Below the pieces are notes generated by a model. The model ran no database searches and was not told where the DNA came from. It saw only the letters and a program-made list of their open reading frames with translations. Both the position numbers and the translations under genes were made by a program. Positions 21,141-31,814 of a stretch of 64,000 nucleotides of DNA are shown here, one piece after another. The stretch lies in assembly GCA_963771355.1 (NCBI GenBank), contig CAVYTA010000005.1, positions 192,001 to 256,000 on the forward strand, read 5' to 3'. Within the stretch, counting starts at the first letter, position 1, and each line of letters opens with the position of its first letter. Source of the DNA: an uncultured Candidatus Rokubacteria bacterium (GTDB lineage: Bacteria > Methylomirabilota > Methylomirabilia > Rokubacteriales > CSP1-6).

Positions 21141-22112
21141 GTGACCTCTTCGACCCCCGCCAACCCCCGCCTCGCGCGGCGGCTGATTCTCGACGAGCTC
21201 TTCGACCTCTCGCTCTACGAGGCGCTGCAGCGCGTGGCGCCGCCGCCGGAACGCAAGGTGCTGGCCGAGCTGATCCCCGTCGAGCGGCGGCACCTGGAGT
21301 TCTGGCAGCGGTTCTTCGCCCTCCGCCTCGACCGGCTCGACTGGGGCCGCCGGCTCAAGCTCGCGTTCCTCGTGCTCGTCTGCCGGGTACTGGGGGCGCC
21401 CGCCATCCGTCTCGTGCTCGAGGCCATCGAGGTGCACGGCGTGCGCAAGTATCTCGGGGTGTGGAAGACGTACGGCGACGGGCCGCTGGGGCCCGCGGTA
21501 CGGGAGGTCCTGGAGGACGAGTTCCGTCACGAGGACGTGGTGGTGACGGGCGGGGAGTCGCGCTGGATCAACGCCGAGCGCGTGCGGGACATCTTCCTCG
21601 GCGGCAATGACGGCCTGGTGGAGATTCTCGGCGCCATGAGCGGCTTCTTCGCCGCCTTCGGGGCCTCGGTCACCCTGGTGATGGCCGGTCTGACGGTGGC
21701 GGTGGCAGGGGCGCTGTCCATGGCCGCCGGCGCCTACATCGCGGTGAGCTCCGAGATCGAGGTGGCCCGCGTGGAGGTGGAGCGGCGGCGCTTCCTGGGC
21801 GAGGCGGAGGGCAAGGTCCCCGTCGAGCGCCCCGTCGTCACGGGACTGGTGGTGGGGATCAGCTATTTCCTGGGGGCGCTGGTGCCGGTGCTCCCCTTCC
21901 TTTTCGGGGCTACCACCGTGGTCCCGACCATCCTCACCGCGGGGAGCATCATCATCGCGGTGTCCACGGTGCTGTCGTTTCTGTCCGGCATGGACGTGGG
22001 CCGGAGACTCCTCACGAACCTGGTGATCATCGCCGCCGCTGTCAGCGTCACTTACGCGATCGGCGTGATCACCAGGTCCGTGTGGGGGATCGTCGGCTCC
22101 GCTAGCCGGTGA
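21141..22112 (+). CDS. VIT1/CCC1 transporter with N-terminal ferritin/rubrerythrin-like domain
   Basis: ERRH and DEFRHE ExxH motifs; RDIFLGGNDGLVE, AGALSMAAGAY. Confidence 0.85.
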   Translation: MTSSTPANPRLARRLILDELFDLSLYEALQRVAPPPERKVLAELIPVERRHLEFWQRFFALRLDRLDWGRRLKLAFLVLVCRVLGAPAIRLVLEAIEVHGVRKYLGVWKTYGDGPLGPAVREVLEDEFRHEDVVVTGGESRWINAERVRDIFLGGNDGLVEILGAMSGFFAAFGASVTLVMAGLTVAVAGALSMAAGAYIAVSSEIEVARVEVERRRFLGEAEGKVPVERPVVTGLVVGISYFLGALVPVLPFLFGATTVVPTILTAGSIIIAVSTVLSFLSGMDVGRRLLTNLVIIAAAVSVTYAIGVITRSVWGIVGSASR

Positions 22113-23547
22113 CCGCCACGTAGCGGTCGTTGCCGTCCCGGCGTACGAGGAGCATCAACGGCTTGTCCTTGGCCCGCTTGTCCACCGCCTCGCGCAGATC
22201 CTCCACGCTGGTGATGGGCCGGCGGTCCGCCTGCACGATCACGTCACCCGCCTGGAGGCCGGCCTCGGCGGCGGGGCTGCCATTGCGGACGTCGCGAATC
22301 AGCACGCCCTTGGTGCCCGCGGGCAGGGACAGCGCCTGCGCGACTTCCGGCGTGATGGGGGCCACGGTGACCCCCAGGGCGCCCTTGTCGTCCGCCTTGG
22401 CCGCTACCACGTCAGTGTCACGATCCTCCAGCTTCGCGATGGTGGCCGACAGCGTGAGCGTCTTGCCTTCACGCAGCACCTTGATCGGCACCTGACGGCC
22501 CGCGGGGAGATCCGCCACCAGCCGCGGCAGGTCTTCCGTGCGGGTCACCGCGTGACCGTCCAGCTCGACGATCACGTCACCCTGCCGGACACCGGCCTTG
22601 GCCGCGGGCGAGCTCTCCGTCACCTGGGCGACCAGCGCGCCCTTGCCGGCTTCGAGCCCGAGGCCCTTGGCCAGGGTGGGCGTCATTTCCTGGATGGAAA
22701 CGCCCAGCCAGCCCCGCTCGACGCGGCCGGTGGACGCGAGCTGCGACACCACGGACTTGGCGAGGTTCACCGGGATGGCGAATCCGATACCCACCGAGCC
22801 GCCGGTCTGGCTGAAGATCGCCGCGTTGATCCCGACGACCTGTCCGCGCGAGTTGATGAGCGGGCCGCCGCTGTTGCCGGGATTGATCGAGGCATCCGTC
22901 TGGATGAAGTCGTCGTAGGGACCGGCGCCGATCACGCGCCCGGTGGCGCTCACGATGCCGGTGGTCACGGTCTGCGCGAGGCCGAACGGGTTGCCGACGG
23001 CCATCACCGCCTCGCCCACCTGGAGCGCGGCGGAGTCGCCGAGGGCCACCACGGGAAGATCGGTCGCCTCGACCTTGAGAAGCGCCAGGTCGGTGCGGGC
23101 GTCACGGCCCACCACCTTGGCGGGAAGCTCGCGGCCGTCGGCCAGCTTGACGCGGACCTGGGTGGCGCCGTCCACCACGTGGTGGTTGGTCACGATGTAG
23201 CCGCTCGCGTTGATGATGAAGCCCGAGCCGAGGCTCCGGCCCTTCCGCTGGAGGCGGTCGGACGGATCGTCCGGCGTGAAGGGGAAGGGCGCGCGCAGCT
23301 GCGGCGACTCCTGCGCGCGCGTGGCGCTGACGTTCACCACCGCGGGCTTGACCGCGCGGGCCAGCTCGACCCAGGCCGGGGCGGGAACGGTCGGCGCGGT
23401 GACCGCCACCGGACGATCGGTCCAGATCGGCGTGTCGGTCCTGCCGAAGCCCGGCGAGACCGCGCCCAGCGCTCCGAGCGTGAAGACAATGGCGATGAGG
23501 CCCGTCGCGGGCCAGGCCCAGTGGCGGCGGATGGTCGGGAAGTCCAT
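22102..23547 (-). CDS. degQ: Do/DegQ (HtrA) serine endoprotease with two PDZ domains
   Basis: TNHHVV, DLALLK, QTDASINPGNSGGPL; two PDZ domains. Confidence 0.93.
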   Translation of the reverse strand: MDFPTIRRHWAWPATGLIAIVFTLGALGAVSPGFGRTDTPIWTDRPVAVTAPTVPAPAWVELARAVKPAVVNVSATRAQESPQLRAPFPFTPDDPSDRLQRKGRSLGSGFIINASGYIVTNHHVVDGATQVRVKLADGRELPAKVVGRDARTDLALLKVEATDLPVVALGDSAALQVGEAVMAVGNPFGLAQTVTTGIVSATGRVIGAGPYDDFIQTDASINPGNSGGPLINSRGQVVGINAAIFSQTGGSVGIGFAIPVNLAKSVVSQLASTGRVERGWLGVSIQEMTPTLAKGLGLEAGKGALVAQVTESSPAAKAGVRQGDVIVELDGHAVTRTEDLPRLVADLPAGRQVPIKVLREGKTLTLSATIAKLEDRDTDVVAAKADDKGALGVTVAPITPEVAQALSLPAGTKGVLIRDVRNGSPAAEAGLQAGDVIVQADRRPITSVEDLREAVDKRAKDKPLMLLVRRDGNDRYVAVTG

Positions 23548-23617
23548 GGCTCCTCCATGTACGGTTGTACGGGATTCACTAGAGATTGAAGTTCATCCTA
23601 GACCATAGCGGACACGG

Positions 23618-23655
23618 ATGAGAGGAGGATGAAGCGAGCGTGAGAAGTTTCTTAG
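23618..23655 (-). promoter_or_regulatory. Four 11-bp-phased direct repeats (CTAAG/CTCAC/TTCAT/CTCAT), OmpR/PhoB-family-type site upstream of degQ
   Basis: Exact 11-bp periodicity, followed by a TATGGT -10-like hexamer on the minus strand. Confidence 0.5.
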
Positions 23656-23707
23656 CCGGCGGCCCCGCGCCGAGGGGCCTCGCTTGACAATGGGGGGCCG
23701 GCGGCCG

Positions 23708-24679
<972 letters not shown>

Positions 24680-24691
<12 letters not shown>

Positions 24692-24804
24692 AAAAGGCCC
24701 ATCTACTTTGTTGGCGCCCTCGGCCGCACGCTCAACGTAGAGAGTACGCCTCGCGTGCGACTCTCGGGCGCCGCCTCGCATCTGGACCTTTTTGAGCCGC
24801 CGGC
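24680..24804. mobile_element. ~125-bp palindromic MITE/REP-like element, copy 1
   Basis: Terminal IR GCCGGCGGCTGAAAAAGGCCCA / TGGACCTTTTTGAGCCGCCGGC; homologous in reverse orientation to 50006-50132. Confidence 0.75.
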
Positions 24805-24822
24805 GAGTTGTTTTGCAGCTGG

Positions 24823-25401
24823 CTAGCGCGCGCCGGCCACTCCCGCGTCGAAGGACAGCCCGATCTTCTTGAACTCGTCCAGCACGTCGGGCCCGATGGC
24901 CTCGAGCTGCTCGGCGACGATGGGCGGCAACCCGATGTCGTTCCGGTCGTGGACACCGCCGGTGATGACGGTCTGGAGGACGCTGTCCTTGGTGTCCACG
25001 TTGCGGAAGCCGCGGCACCAGCCGGGCGGGCAGGAGAACGAATCCCACTGCTCCAGCACCACCGTCTCCTCGCCGCGGTCGCCCACGTAGAACTCGAACT
25101 TGCCCTCCAGCACGGTGAAGGTCTCGAAGGTCTTCACGTGCGCGTGCAGCGCCGGGCCCTGGCCGGGCGGGCAGACCGAGATGAACATGGTCATGCCCGC
25201 CGCGCCGTACACCGGGGCCTGATTCCCGAAGGGCGAGTCGGTCTTCTCGAGCACTACCGGCATGATCTTCCGCGCGAAGATGATGTCGCGGGCGGCCAGC
25301 GGCACCCGGTCATTGCCCTTCATGGTGGACATGGGCTCGAGGCGGGCGAAGCGCGCCACCCGCTCGTCGATCTCGGCGCGTGAGGGATTGACGGTCTGCA
25401 T
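24823..25401 (-). CDS. Cupin-domain protein
   Basis: PPGQGPALHAHVKTFETFTVLEG, SCPPGWCRGFRN; AAGGAG SD. Confidence 0.85.
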   Translation of the reverse strand: MQTVNPSRAEIDERVARFARLEPMSTMKGNDRVPLAARDIIFARKIMPVVLEKTDSPFGNQAPVYGAAGMTMFISVCPPGQGPALHAHVKTFETFTVLEGKFEFYVGDRGEETVVLEQWDSFSCPPGWCRGFRNVDTKDSVLQTVITGGVHDRNDIGLPPIVAEQLEAIGPDVLDEFKKIGLSFDAGVAGAR

Positions 25402-25424
25402 GGGACGGTCTCCTTGGGTGCGGG

Positions 25425-25697
25425 CTATTCGATGCCACGGAAATAGCCGGGGGGTACCGGCTGATACTCCTTGGAGCGGACGTACCCGCGCTTCTTGAGA
25501 CAGCCGCGGTACACGTCCTGGATCATGACCGGGTAGGTGGGCGTCGGGGCCGCTTCCTTGGCGCACTCCTGGCTGTCGCTGACGAACTGCTCCGGGGTCG
25601 CGCCCGGCCTGGACCAGAAGAAGGCGGTGCACCCGCCGAGCAGGGTCACGAGGACGGCGGCGGAGGCTAGCCCGAGGATCGCGCGACGATGCGACAT
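25425..25697 (-). CDS. Small lipoprotein, hypothetical
   Basis: Lipobox LLGGC; W.RPGATPEQ...EC...C...RGY pattern. Confidence 0.75.
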   Translation of the reverse strand: MSHRRAILGLASAAVLVTLLGGCTAFFWSRPGATPEQFVSDSQECAKEAAPTPTYPVMIQDVYRGCLKKRGYVRSKEYQPVPPGYFRGIE

Positions 25698-25727
25698 GTC
25701 GGATCTCCCGTCGTGCTGCCGTGGTGA

Positions 25728-26120
25728 TCAGGGAAGGGGCTTGCAGCCGGGACGATCGTAACGGTGAAACTCGCCTCGCGCATTGATGGCGACGCGGATC
25801 GAGGGCTCGGGCCCCCGCGGCTCGAGGTGGTGCCAGCGATTCTTGGGGCCGAAGACGAAGTCACCCGCGCGCCCCCGGATCGGCTTGGGCTCGTCTTCGA
25901 TGTACCAGTCGATGTCGCCCGCCACCACCACCCACCACTCGTCGTGGAGGTGGTAGTGGGTGTCGTTCGGATGGCCCGGGGGCTGGCAGATGATGAAGGC
26001 CTGGATGTCGTCGGTGAGCACGAGCGCCTCCGACCACGGCGGCGTGCCCTTGCGCGCGCGCAGCTCCTCCACGCGGGTCCAGAGACGGCCCGTCTCCATC
26101 AGCGGAACCCGGACCGCCAT
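25728..26120 (-). CDS. Cupin-domain protein
   Basis: THYHLHDEWWVV, GDFVFGPKNRWHH. Confidence 0.85.
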   Translation of the reverse strand: MAVRVPLMETGRLWTRVEELRARKGTPPWSEALVLTDDIQAFIICQPPGHPNDTHYHLHDEWWVVVAGDIDWYIEDEPKPIRGRAGDFVFGPKNRWHHLEPRGPEPSIRVAINARGEFHRYDRPGCKPLP

Positions 26121-26122
26121 GG

Positions 26123-27673
26123 CTAGCGGGAGACCTGCATCTCGGCCGCGATGAGCCGGTAGTCGGCGCGTGGCTTGAACGTCACCCGCTGGCTCGTGCC
26201 GTAGACGATGACTTCCTGGAAGAGCTCGAGCCACGGCTTCTCGTCGTGGATGATCTGGGTGGCCTCGGTGTAGAGCGGCTTGCGTCGGGCCGGATCCAGC
26301 GAGTAGCGCGCCTGCTCCATGAGCTCGTGGAAGCGGTGCCCGGGCTGGCTGCCCGCCCAGTACTTGCCGTTGAGCCCGGTGGGATGGAGCAGGCGCCAGA
26401 TGCTTCCGTCCGCGTCGAGCAGGGTGGACTGGGGGTTGATGAGGAGGAGGCCGCCCACGGGGATGGCGCGGTCGTTGACCATCTTCTGGCGGGCGCCCAT
26501 CTCCATCATGGCGATGCGGGCGCGGATACCCGCCTTGGCCCACATGTCGGCGATGACCTCGATGAGCTGCTTGTCGTTGACCATGGTGCCCATGCCGGCA
26601 TGCAGGGTCACGTCGATGCCGCCGGGGAAGCCGGCCTCGGTGAGGAGGGCCTTGGCGCGCGCCACGTCGTAGGAGTACGGCTTCAGCGCGGGGTTGTGGC
26701 CGAAGTCGGTGTCGGCCACGCCCCCGCTATACGGCTTTCCGTAGCCGGCGTAGATGCCCTTGACGATGCCATTGATGTCGAGCGCGTGATGCAGGGCCTG
26801 GCGGACGCGCTTGTCGGCGAGCGGGCCCTGGGTGGCGTTCATCGCGCACGCCGCCGTGCGCGACGAGGGGACGCTCACGATGCGCGTGGTCCGCCCCTCC
26901 GCGATGGCCTTGATGCGGTCGGGCGGGACATTGGTGACGATGTCGGCCTCGCCCCGGTCGAGCGCGACCAGGCGGGGGAAGTCCTCGGGGATGGGCTTCC
27001 AGACCACGCGGTCCACTCCCGGCTTCTTGCCCTCCCAGCCCCACCAGTCGCGGTTGGCCTCCATCACGAGGCGCTCGTCCTTCACCCACTCGACGAAGCG
27101 GTAGGCGCCGGTGCCCACCGGGCGCCGGGCCAGCTCCTTGACGCCCTCGTCGGTGGTGAGGCGGGCGGGGAGGATCTGCGAGCCCATCTGCGCCATGCGT
27201 ACGGGCAGGAGGGGGTCCGGCTTCTTGGTGACGATACGCACGAGGCCGGGGTTGGGGGCCTGCACCGCCTCGATGGTGGCGAAGCCCGCCGTCACCCCCG
27301 TCTTGCCCGGCACGAGGTTGCGCTCGAGGGTGGCCTTGACGTCGTCGGCGGTGAGCGGCGCGCCGTCGTGGAACTTCACGCCGGAGCGGAGCGTGAACTC
27401 CCAGGTGGTGTCGTTGACGGCGCGCCACGCGGTGGCCAGTCCCGGCTGGAGCACGAGGGCCGAGTCCCAGCGCGTGAGGGAGTCGTAGAGGTTGTAGAAG
27501 TAGTTGACGGTGAGCACCTGGGTGCTGCGGCCCGGGTCCATCGTCGTCGCCTCGGCGGGCTGCGCGATGGTGATCTGGAGGGGCTGGGCCGGCGCCGGTC
27601 GCGGGGCGATCCCCACTCCCAGCGCGAGCGCCATGAGGCCGACGGCGGCGACGCGGATCCGGGCGCGCCTCAT
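26123..27673 (-). CDS. ABC transporter substrate-binding protein, family 5
   Basis: Signal peptide; FHDGAPLTADDVKAT, VGTGAYRF, DKRVRQALHHALD. Confidence 0.9.
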   Translation of the reverse strand: MRRARIRVAAVGLMALALGVGIAPRPAPAQPLQITIAQPAEATTMDPGRSTQVLTVNYFYNLYDSLTRWDSALVLQPGLATAWRAVNDTTWEFTLRSGVKFHDGAPLTADDVKATLERNLVPGKTGVTAGFATIEAVQAPNPGLVRIVTKKPDPLLPVRMAQMGSQILPARLTTDEGVKELARRPVGTGAYRFVEWVKDERLVMEANRDWWGWEGKKPGVDRVVWKPIPEDFPRLVALDRGEADIVTNVPPDRIKAIAEGRTTRIVSVPSSRTAACAMNATQGPLADKRVRQALHHALDINGIVKGIYAGYGKPYSGGVADTDFGHNPALKPYSYDVARAKALLTEAGFPGGIDVTLHAGMGTMVNDKQLIEVIADMWAKAGIRARIAMMEMGARQKMVNDRAIPVGGLLLINPQSTLLDADGSIWRLLHPTGLNGKYWAGSQPGHRFHELMEQARYSLDPARRKPLYTEATQIIHDEKPWLELFQEVIVYGTSQRVTFKPRADYRLIAAEMQVSR

Positions 27674-29010
27674 CCGTAGATCTTCCGGAGCTCTCCCGCC
27701 GCCCATTTCACCGCGTCCTCCGCCTTCATGCCCTGCACGCTCTTGGCGAACATGTCGGTGAGGATGTACTTGGAGTAGACCTCGGTGGCCTTGGCCGAGG
27801 GCGGGCCCGCGTAGCCGATCATGCGCGAGGCGGCGGCGGCCTGGCGGTAGATCCTCATGGGCTGGTCGACCTTGTTCCACAGGGGGTGCTGCTCCCAGTA
27901 CTTGGTGGAGCCCACCGAGAAGCCCTCCGCGACCTCGAACCACTTGCCGAACTGTTCCTTGCCGTGGAGCCACTTGAGGAAGTCCTTCGCGAGCTTCTGG
28001 TTCTTCCCGTACTTCATGACGGCGTGCGAGAACGCCACGTGATAGCTCCAGGTGCCGGCGGGCCCGGCGGGGAGCGGCGCGTGCTCGATATCGCGCACCA
28101 TCGGCTCGCCCTTCTCGTCCTTGATCTTGTCCTGGCCACGCTTGGCCGCGATGTAGATGCTGGCGCCATTCAGCGTTGCGGCGATCTCGCCGGCAAGAAA
28201 GGCCCGATTATTGGTGGTGTCGTCCCAGGCCAGGCCGCCCTCGTCGCAGGCGTCCTTCCAGAAGGCCTGCATGAACTTCACCGCCTCCACCGCCTCCTTG
28301 CTCTCGAACACGACCTTCTTGCCGGTCTGGTCGACCTCGGATGCCCCGTAGGCCCAGATCGTCGGGTAGCTCCACGCGGGGGCGTCACCGAAGGTATGGC
28401 CGAGGGTCTGGCCATAGGGATGGCCATTCTTCTTCAGCTTCATCCCGACCTGCCGCAGCTCCTCGAGCGTCTTGGGAAAGGTGGTGGCGCCCACCTCGGC
28501 GAACCACGACTTCCGGTAGGCGATCTGGAGACCGACGATCCCGTGGGGCAGCGCGAGCCAGCGCTTCCCGTCCTTGGAGGCGGCCTCCGCCTGGGCGTAG
28601 TAGCCGCCCTGGTCCTTGCCCTGCCACTCGCCCAGGTCGGTCATGTCGGCGAGGGCGTTCTGGTAGAGGTGGGGCCAGTTGTGCAGCATCATGATGATGT
28701 CGGGGCCACTGCCCGACTGGATGGCGGCGGTGATACGGGGCTGGAGATCGTTACCGTTGACGGTCTCGAGCTGGATCTCCGCGCCGAGGGCCTTGGAGGC
28801 CGCGGGCAGGATGTCCTGCTTCAGCGCGACGTCGCAGGCGGGAATGAAGTCCACCCAGCGGAGCAGGTGGAGCTTGGTCCCCTGCGCGAAGGCGGGCGCG
28901 CGGCGCGCGGCGAGAATGCCTTCGAGGCCGGCCGCCGCCGACAGCGCGGCGGTGCCGGCGAGGAAGGCCCGGCGGCCTGGATCGGGACGGTCGGTCGTGG
29001 TGTCGCGCAT
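27670..29010 (-). CDS. Tat-exported extracellular solute-binding protein (CUT1/family 1), paralog 1
   Basis: GRRAFL Tat motif; WDDTTNNRAFLAGEI, NGASIY. Confidence 0.9.
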   Translation of the reverse strand: MRDTTTDRPDPGRRAFLAGTAALSAAAGLEGILAARRAPAFAQGTKLHLLRWVDFIPACDVALKQDILPAASKALGAEIQLETVNGNDLQPRITAAIQSGSGPDIIMMLHNWPHLYQNALADMTDLGEWQGKDQGGYYAQAEAASKDGKRWLALPHGIVGLQIAYRKSWFAEVGATTFPKTLEELRQVGMKLKKNGHPYGQTLGHTFGDAPAWSYPTIWAYGASEVDQTGKKVVFESKEAVEAVKFMQAFWKDACDEGGLAWDDTTNNRAFLAGEIAATLNGASIYIAAKRGQDKIKDEKGEPMVRDIEHAPLPAGPAGTWSYHVAFSHAVMKYGKNQKLAKDFLKWLHGKEQFGKWFEVAEGFSVGSTKYWEQHPLWNKVDQPMRIYRQAAAASRMIGYAGPPSAKATEVYSKYILTDMFAKSVQGMKAEDAVKWAAGELRKIYG

Positions 29011-29040
29011 GTGCTCCTCCATGTGGGTCGGGTAAGTGGC

Positions 29041-30396
29041 TCAGGACTCGTAGATCTTCTTCAGCTCCGTCTCGGCCCACTTGACGGCGTCCTCGGCCTT
29101 GGTGCCGGTGACCGCCTTGGCGTACATGTCGACGATGATGTACTTGGTATAGGACTCGGTGGCCTTGCCCGAGGCCGGTCCCGGGTACCCGAGCATCCGC
29201 GACTGCCGTGCCGCCTGCCGGAACACCTGCAGCGGCTTGTCGACCTTGGCCCACATCGGGTGGTCCTCCCACTTCTTGGTGGCGCCGACGCTGTAGCCCT
29301 CGTTGACCTCGAACCACTTGCCGTAGTTCGCGTCCTGGTGCAGCCAGGTGAGGAAGTCCTTGGCCAGCTTCTGATTCTTCGAGTACTTCATGATCGAGTG
29401 CTGGAAGGCACCGTAGAGAGCGAACTGCCCGGCCGGCCCCTTGGGCAGGAGCGCCGCGTGCTCGATGTCCTGGAAGAGCGCCTCCCCCTTGTCGTCCTTG
29501 AGCTTGTCCTTCTGGCGCTTGGCCACGATGTAGATCGACGCGCCGTTGAGCGTGGCGCTGATCTCGCCGGCGTGGAAGGCGCGGTTGTTGTTGGTGTCGT
29601 CCCAGGCGGCGCCGCCCTCGTCGCAGGCGTCCTTCCAGAAGGCCTGCAGGAACTTCACCGACTCGAGCGTCGCCTTGCTGTTGATGACCACCTTCTTGCC
29701 GCTCTGGTCCACTTCCGCCCCGCCGAAATCCCACAGGAACGGGTAGGCAAAGGTGGGCGGGTCGCCGAAGCTGTGGCCGAGCGCCTGGCCCACCGGCTTG
29801 CCCTTGGCCTTGAGCTTCTTGCCGACCTCGCGCCACTCATCCCAGGTCTTGGGGAACTCCCGGGCGCCGATCTCGTTGTGCCAGGAGCGCCGGTAGGCGA
29901 CCGCGTTGCCGCCGGTGCCGTGGGGCACGGCCAGCCACTTGCCGCCCACCTTGGCGGTGGAGGTGAAGACGTCGTAGTAACCGCCCTGCGCCTTGCCGAT
30001 CGGCTCGGCCACGTCGCTGACGTCGACGAGGGCGTTCTGGTAGAGCTGAGGCCAGTTCCACAGCATCTGGATGATGTCGGCGCCGCTGCCCGACTGCACC
30101 GCGGCGGTGATCCGCGGCTGCAGGTCGTTGGCATTGATGAACTCGAACTGCACCTCCGCGCCGAGGGCCTTGCTCGCCTCCGGCGCCTGGCGCTTCAGCT
30201 CCACGTCGGCCTCCGGGATGAAGTCCACCCAGCGGACGATGTGGAGCTTGGTGCCCTGTGCGAAGGCGGGAGCGCGCCGCGCCGCGAGGATGCCCTCGAG
30301 GCCGGCGAGGGCGGACACCGTCGCCGCGCCCGCGAGAAAGGTTCGCCGTGTGACCTGGGATCGATCGGGAGCCGGGGCGTATGCCGAAGCGCGCAT
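29041..30396 (-). CDS. Tat-exported extracellular solute-binding protein, paralog 2
   Basis: TRRTFL Tat motif; WDDTNNNRAFHAGEI; clearly homologous to its neighbours. Confidence 0.9.
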   Translation of the reverse strand: MRASAYAPAPDRSQVTRRTFLAGAATVSALAGLEGILAARRAPAFAQGTKLHIVRWVDFIPEADVELKRQAPEASKALGAEVQFEFINANDLQPRITAAVQSGSGADIIQMLWNWPQLYQNALVDVSDVAEPIGKAQGGYYDVFTSTAKVGGKWLAVPHGTGGNAVAYRRSWHNEIGAREFPKTWDEWREVGKKLKAKGKPVGQALGHSFGDPPTFAYPFLWDFGGAEVDQSGKKVVINSKATLESVKFLQAFWKDACDEGGAAWDDTNNNRAFHAGEISATLNGASIYIVAKRQKDKLKDDKGEALFQDIEHAALLPKGPAGQFALYGAFQHSIMKYSKNQKLAKDFLTWLHQDANYGKWFEVNEGYSVGATKKWEDHPMWAKVDKPLQVFRQAARQSRMLGYPGPASGKATESYTKYIIVDMYAKAVTGTKAEDAVKWAETELKKIYES

Positions 30397-30428
30397 GGAT
30401 GCCTCCCCTCAAGAGAGATCGGACGTTG

Positions 30429-31703
30429 TCAGGCCTCGTAAATTTTCCGCAGCTCGCCCTCTGCCCACTTGACGGCATCCTCGGCGGCCAAGCCCTGGAT
30501 GCTCTTGGCGAACATGTCCACGAGGATGTACTTCGACAGCGCCTCCGTGGCTTTGCGGCCCGGAGGGCCGGCATGACCGACCTGCCGGGCGAACTGTAGC
30601 GTTTCCGGGAACACCGCGGTCTTGGGATCCTTCCGCCAGAGCGGATGGTCCTTGTACCCGCGCGTGCCGGGGATCCCGAAGGTGTCCATGGTCTCGAAGT
30701 ACTTGTCGAACTGGGCGCGGTCCATGTAGTAACGAATGAAGTCCTTGGCAAGTTTCTGGTTCTTGCCGTACTTCATCACGCAGCTGTTCCAGGCCGGGAG
30801 CCAGTAAAAGCGCCCTGCCGGACCGGGTGGATAGTGGCCGTGATTGGTGCCCTTGTAGACGTCGGGGAACTTCCCGCGCGCCGCCACGTAGATACTGGGG
30901 GCATTGCCGGTGAGCGAGATCTCGCTGGAGAGAAAGGCGCGGTTGTTGTTGCTGTCGTCCCAGGCCAGCCCGCCCTCGTCGAAGCACTCCTTCCACAGCA
31001 CGTTGTTGAACTTGACCGCGTCCACGGTGGCCTTGCGGTTGAGGATGACGGTGCGGCCGTCCTTCTCCACCTCCATGCCGCCCCACATCCAGACGAGGGG
31101 ATAGGACCAGTTGTTCGGGTCGTTGATGCTGTGGCCGAAGGCTTGGCCGAAGGGCTTGCCCTTGGCCTTCATGCGCTTGCCGGCGGCGCGGAACTCGTCC
31201 CAGGTCTGCGGGTAGCGGAGGCCCTCCGCCTGGAGCCAGTCCTCGCGGTAGGTGACGGCCCAGGAGACGATGAACTGCGGCACCCCCACCCAGCGGTTCC
31301 CGGCCATGCAGTTGACCCGCGCGTAGTCGTACCAGCCGCCCTGCCGGCCGCCGACCTCCTCGGCCACGTCCGACACGTCCACCAGCGAGTTCTCGTAGAG
31401 CAGCGGGTGGTTGTTGGCGATGATGATGATGTCGGCGCCGGCTCCGCTCTGCACCGCCGCGGTGACGCGGGCCTGGATGTCGTTCTGGTTGATTCGCTCG
31501 ATGCGGATCTCCGCGCCCGCTTGCTTCCCGAATTCCCGAGCCTGCGCCTCGAAGAGGGTGTCGGCGGCGGGGATGAAGTGCGACCACTGGAGGAGGTGCA
31601 GCGTGGTGCCCTGCGCCAGAGCCGGCGCGCGCCCCGCGGCGAGGATGCCCGCGATACCGGCAGTGGCGATGAACTCTCGACGGCTCGGTCGGCGGCTCTT
31701 CAA
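30429..31703 (-). CDS. Tat-exported extracellular solute-binding protein, paralog 3
   Basis: TTG start after AAGGAGG SD; SRREFI Tat motif; WDDSNNNRAFLSSEI. Confidence 0.88.
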   Translation of the reverse strand: MKSRRPSRREFIATAGIAGILAAGRAPALAQGTTLHLLQWSHFIPAADTLFEAQAREFGKQAGAEIRIERINQNDIQARVTAAVQSGAGADIIIIANNHPLLYENSLVDVSDVAEEVGGRQGGWYDYARVNCMAGNRWVGVPQFIVSWAVTYREDWLQAEGLRYPQTWDEFRAAGKRMKAKGKPFGQAFGHSINDPNNWSYPLVWMWGGMEVEKDGRTVILNRKATVDAVKFNNVLWKECFDEGGLAWDDSNNNRAFLSSEISLTGNAPSIYVAARGKFPDVYKGTNHGHYPPGPAGRFYWLPAWNSCVMKYGKNQKLAKDFIRYYMDRAQFDKYFETMDTFGIPGTRGYKDHPLWRKDPKTAVFPETLQFARQVGHAGPPGRKATEALSKYILVDMFAKSIQGLAAEDAVKWAEGELRKIYEA

Positions 31704-31814
31704 ACGATGTCCTCCTTGACCGCGGGTGACACGCCGCCACACCGCGGCGTACCCGCTACCTATCATGGGGCGTGCGGCCAGGCAAGGGCCGACCCCGAGC
31801 TACTGGGCCGCGGC

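Noticed and set aside
27886..30441. Long antisense ORFs (this 851-aa ORF and others such as 58541-60988)
   Set aside because: Antisense shadows expected from high-GC codon bias opposite well-supported genes
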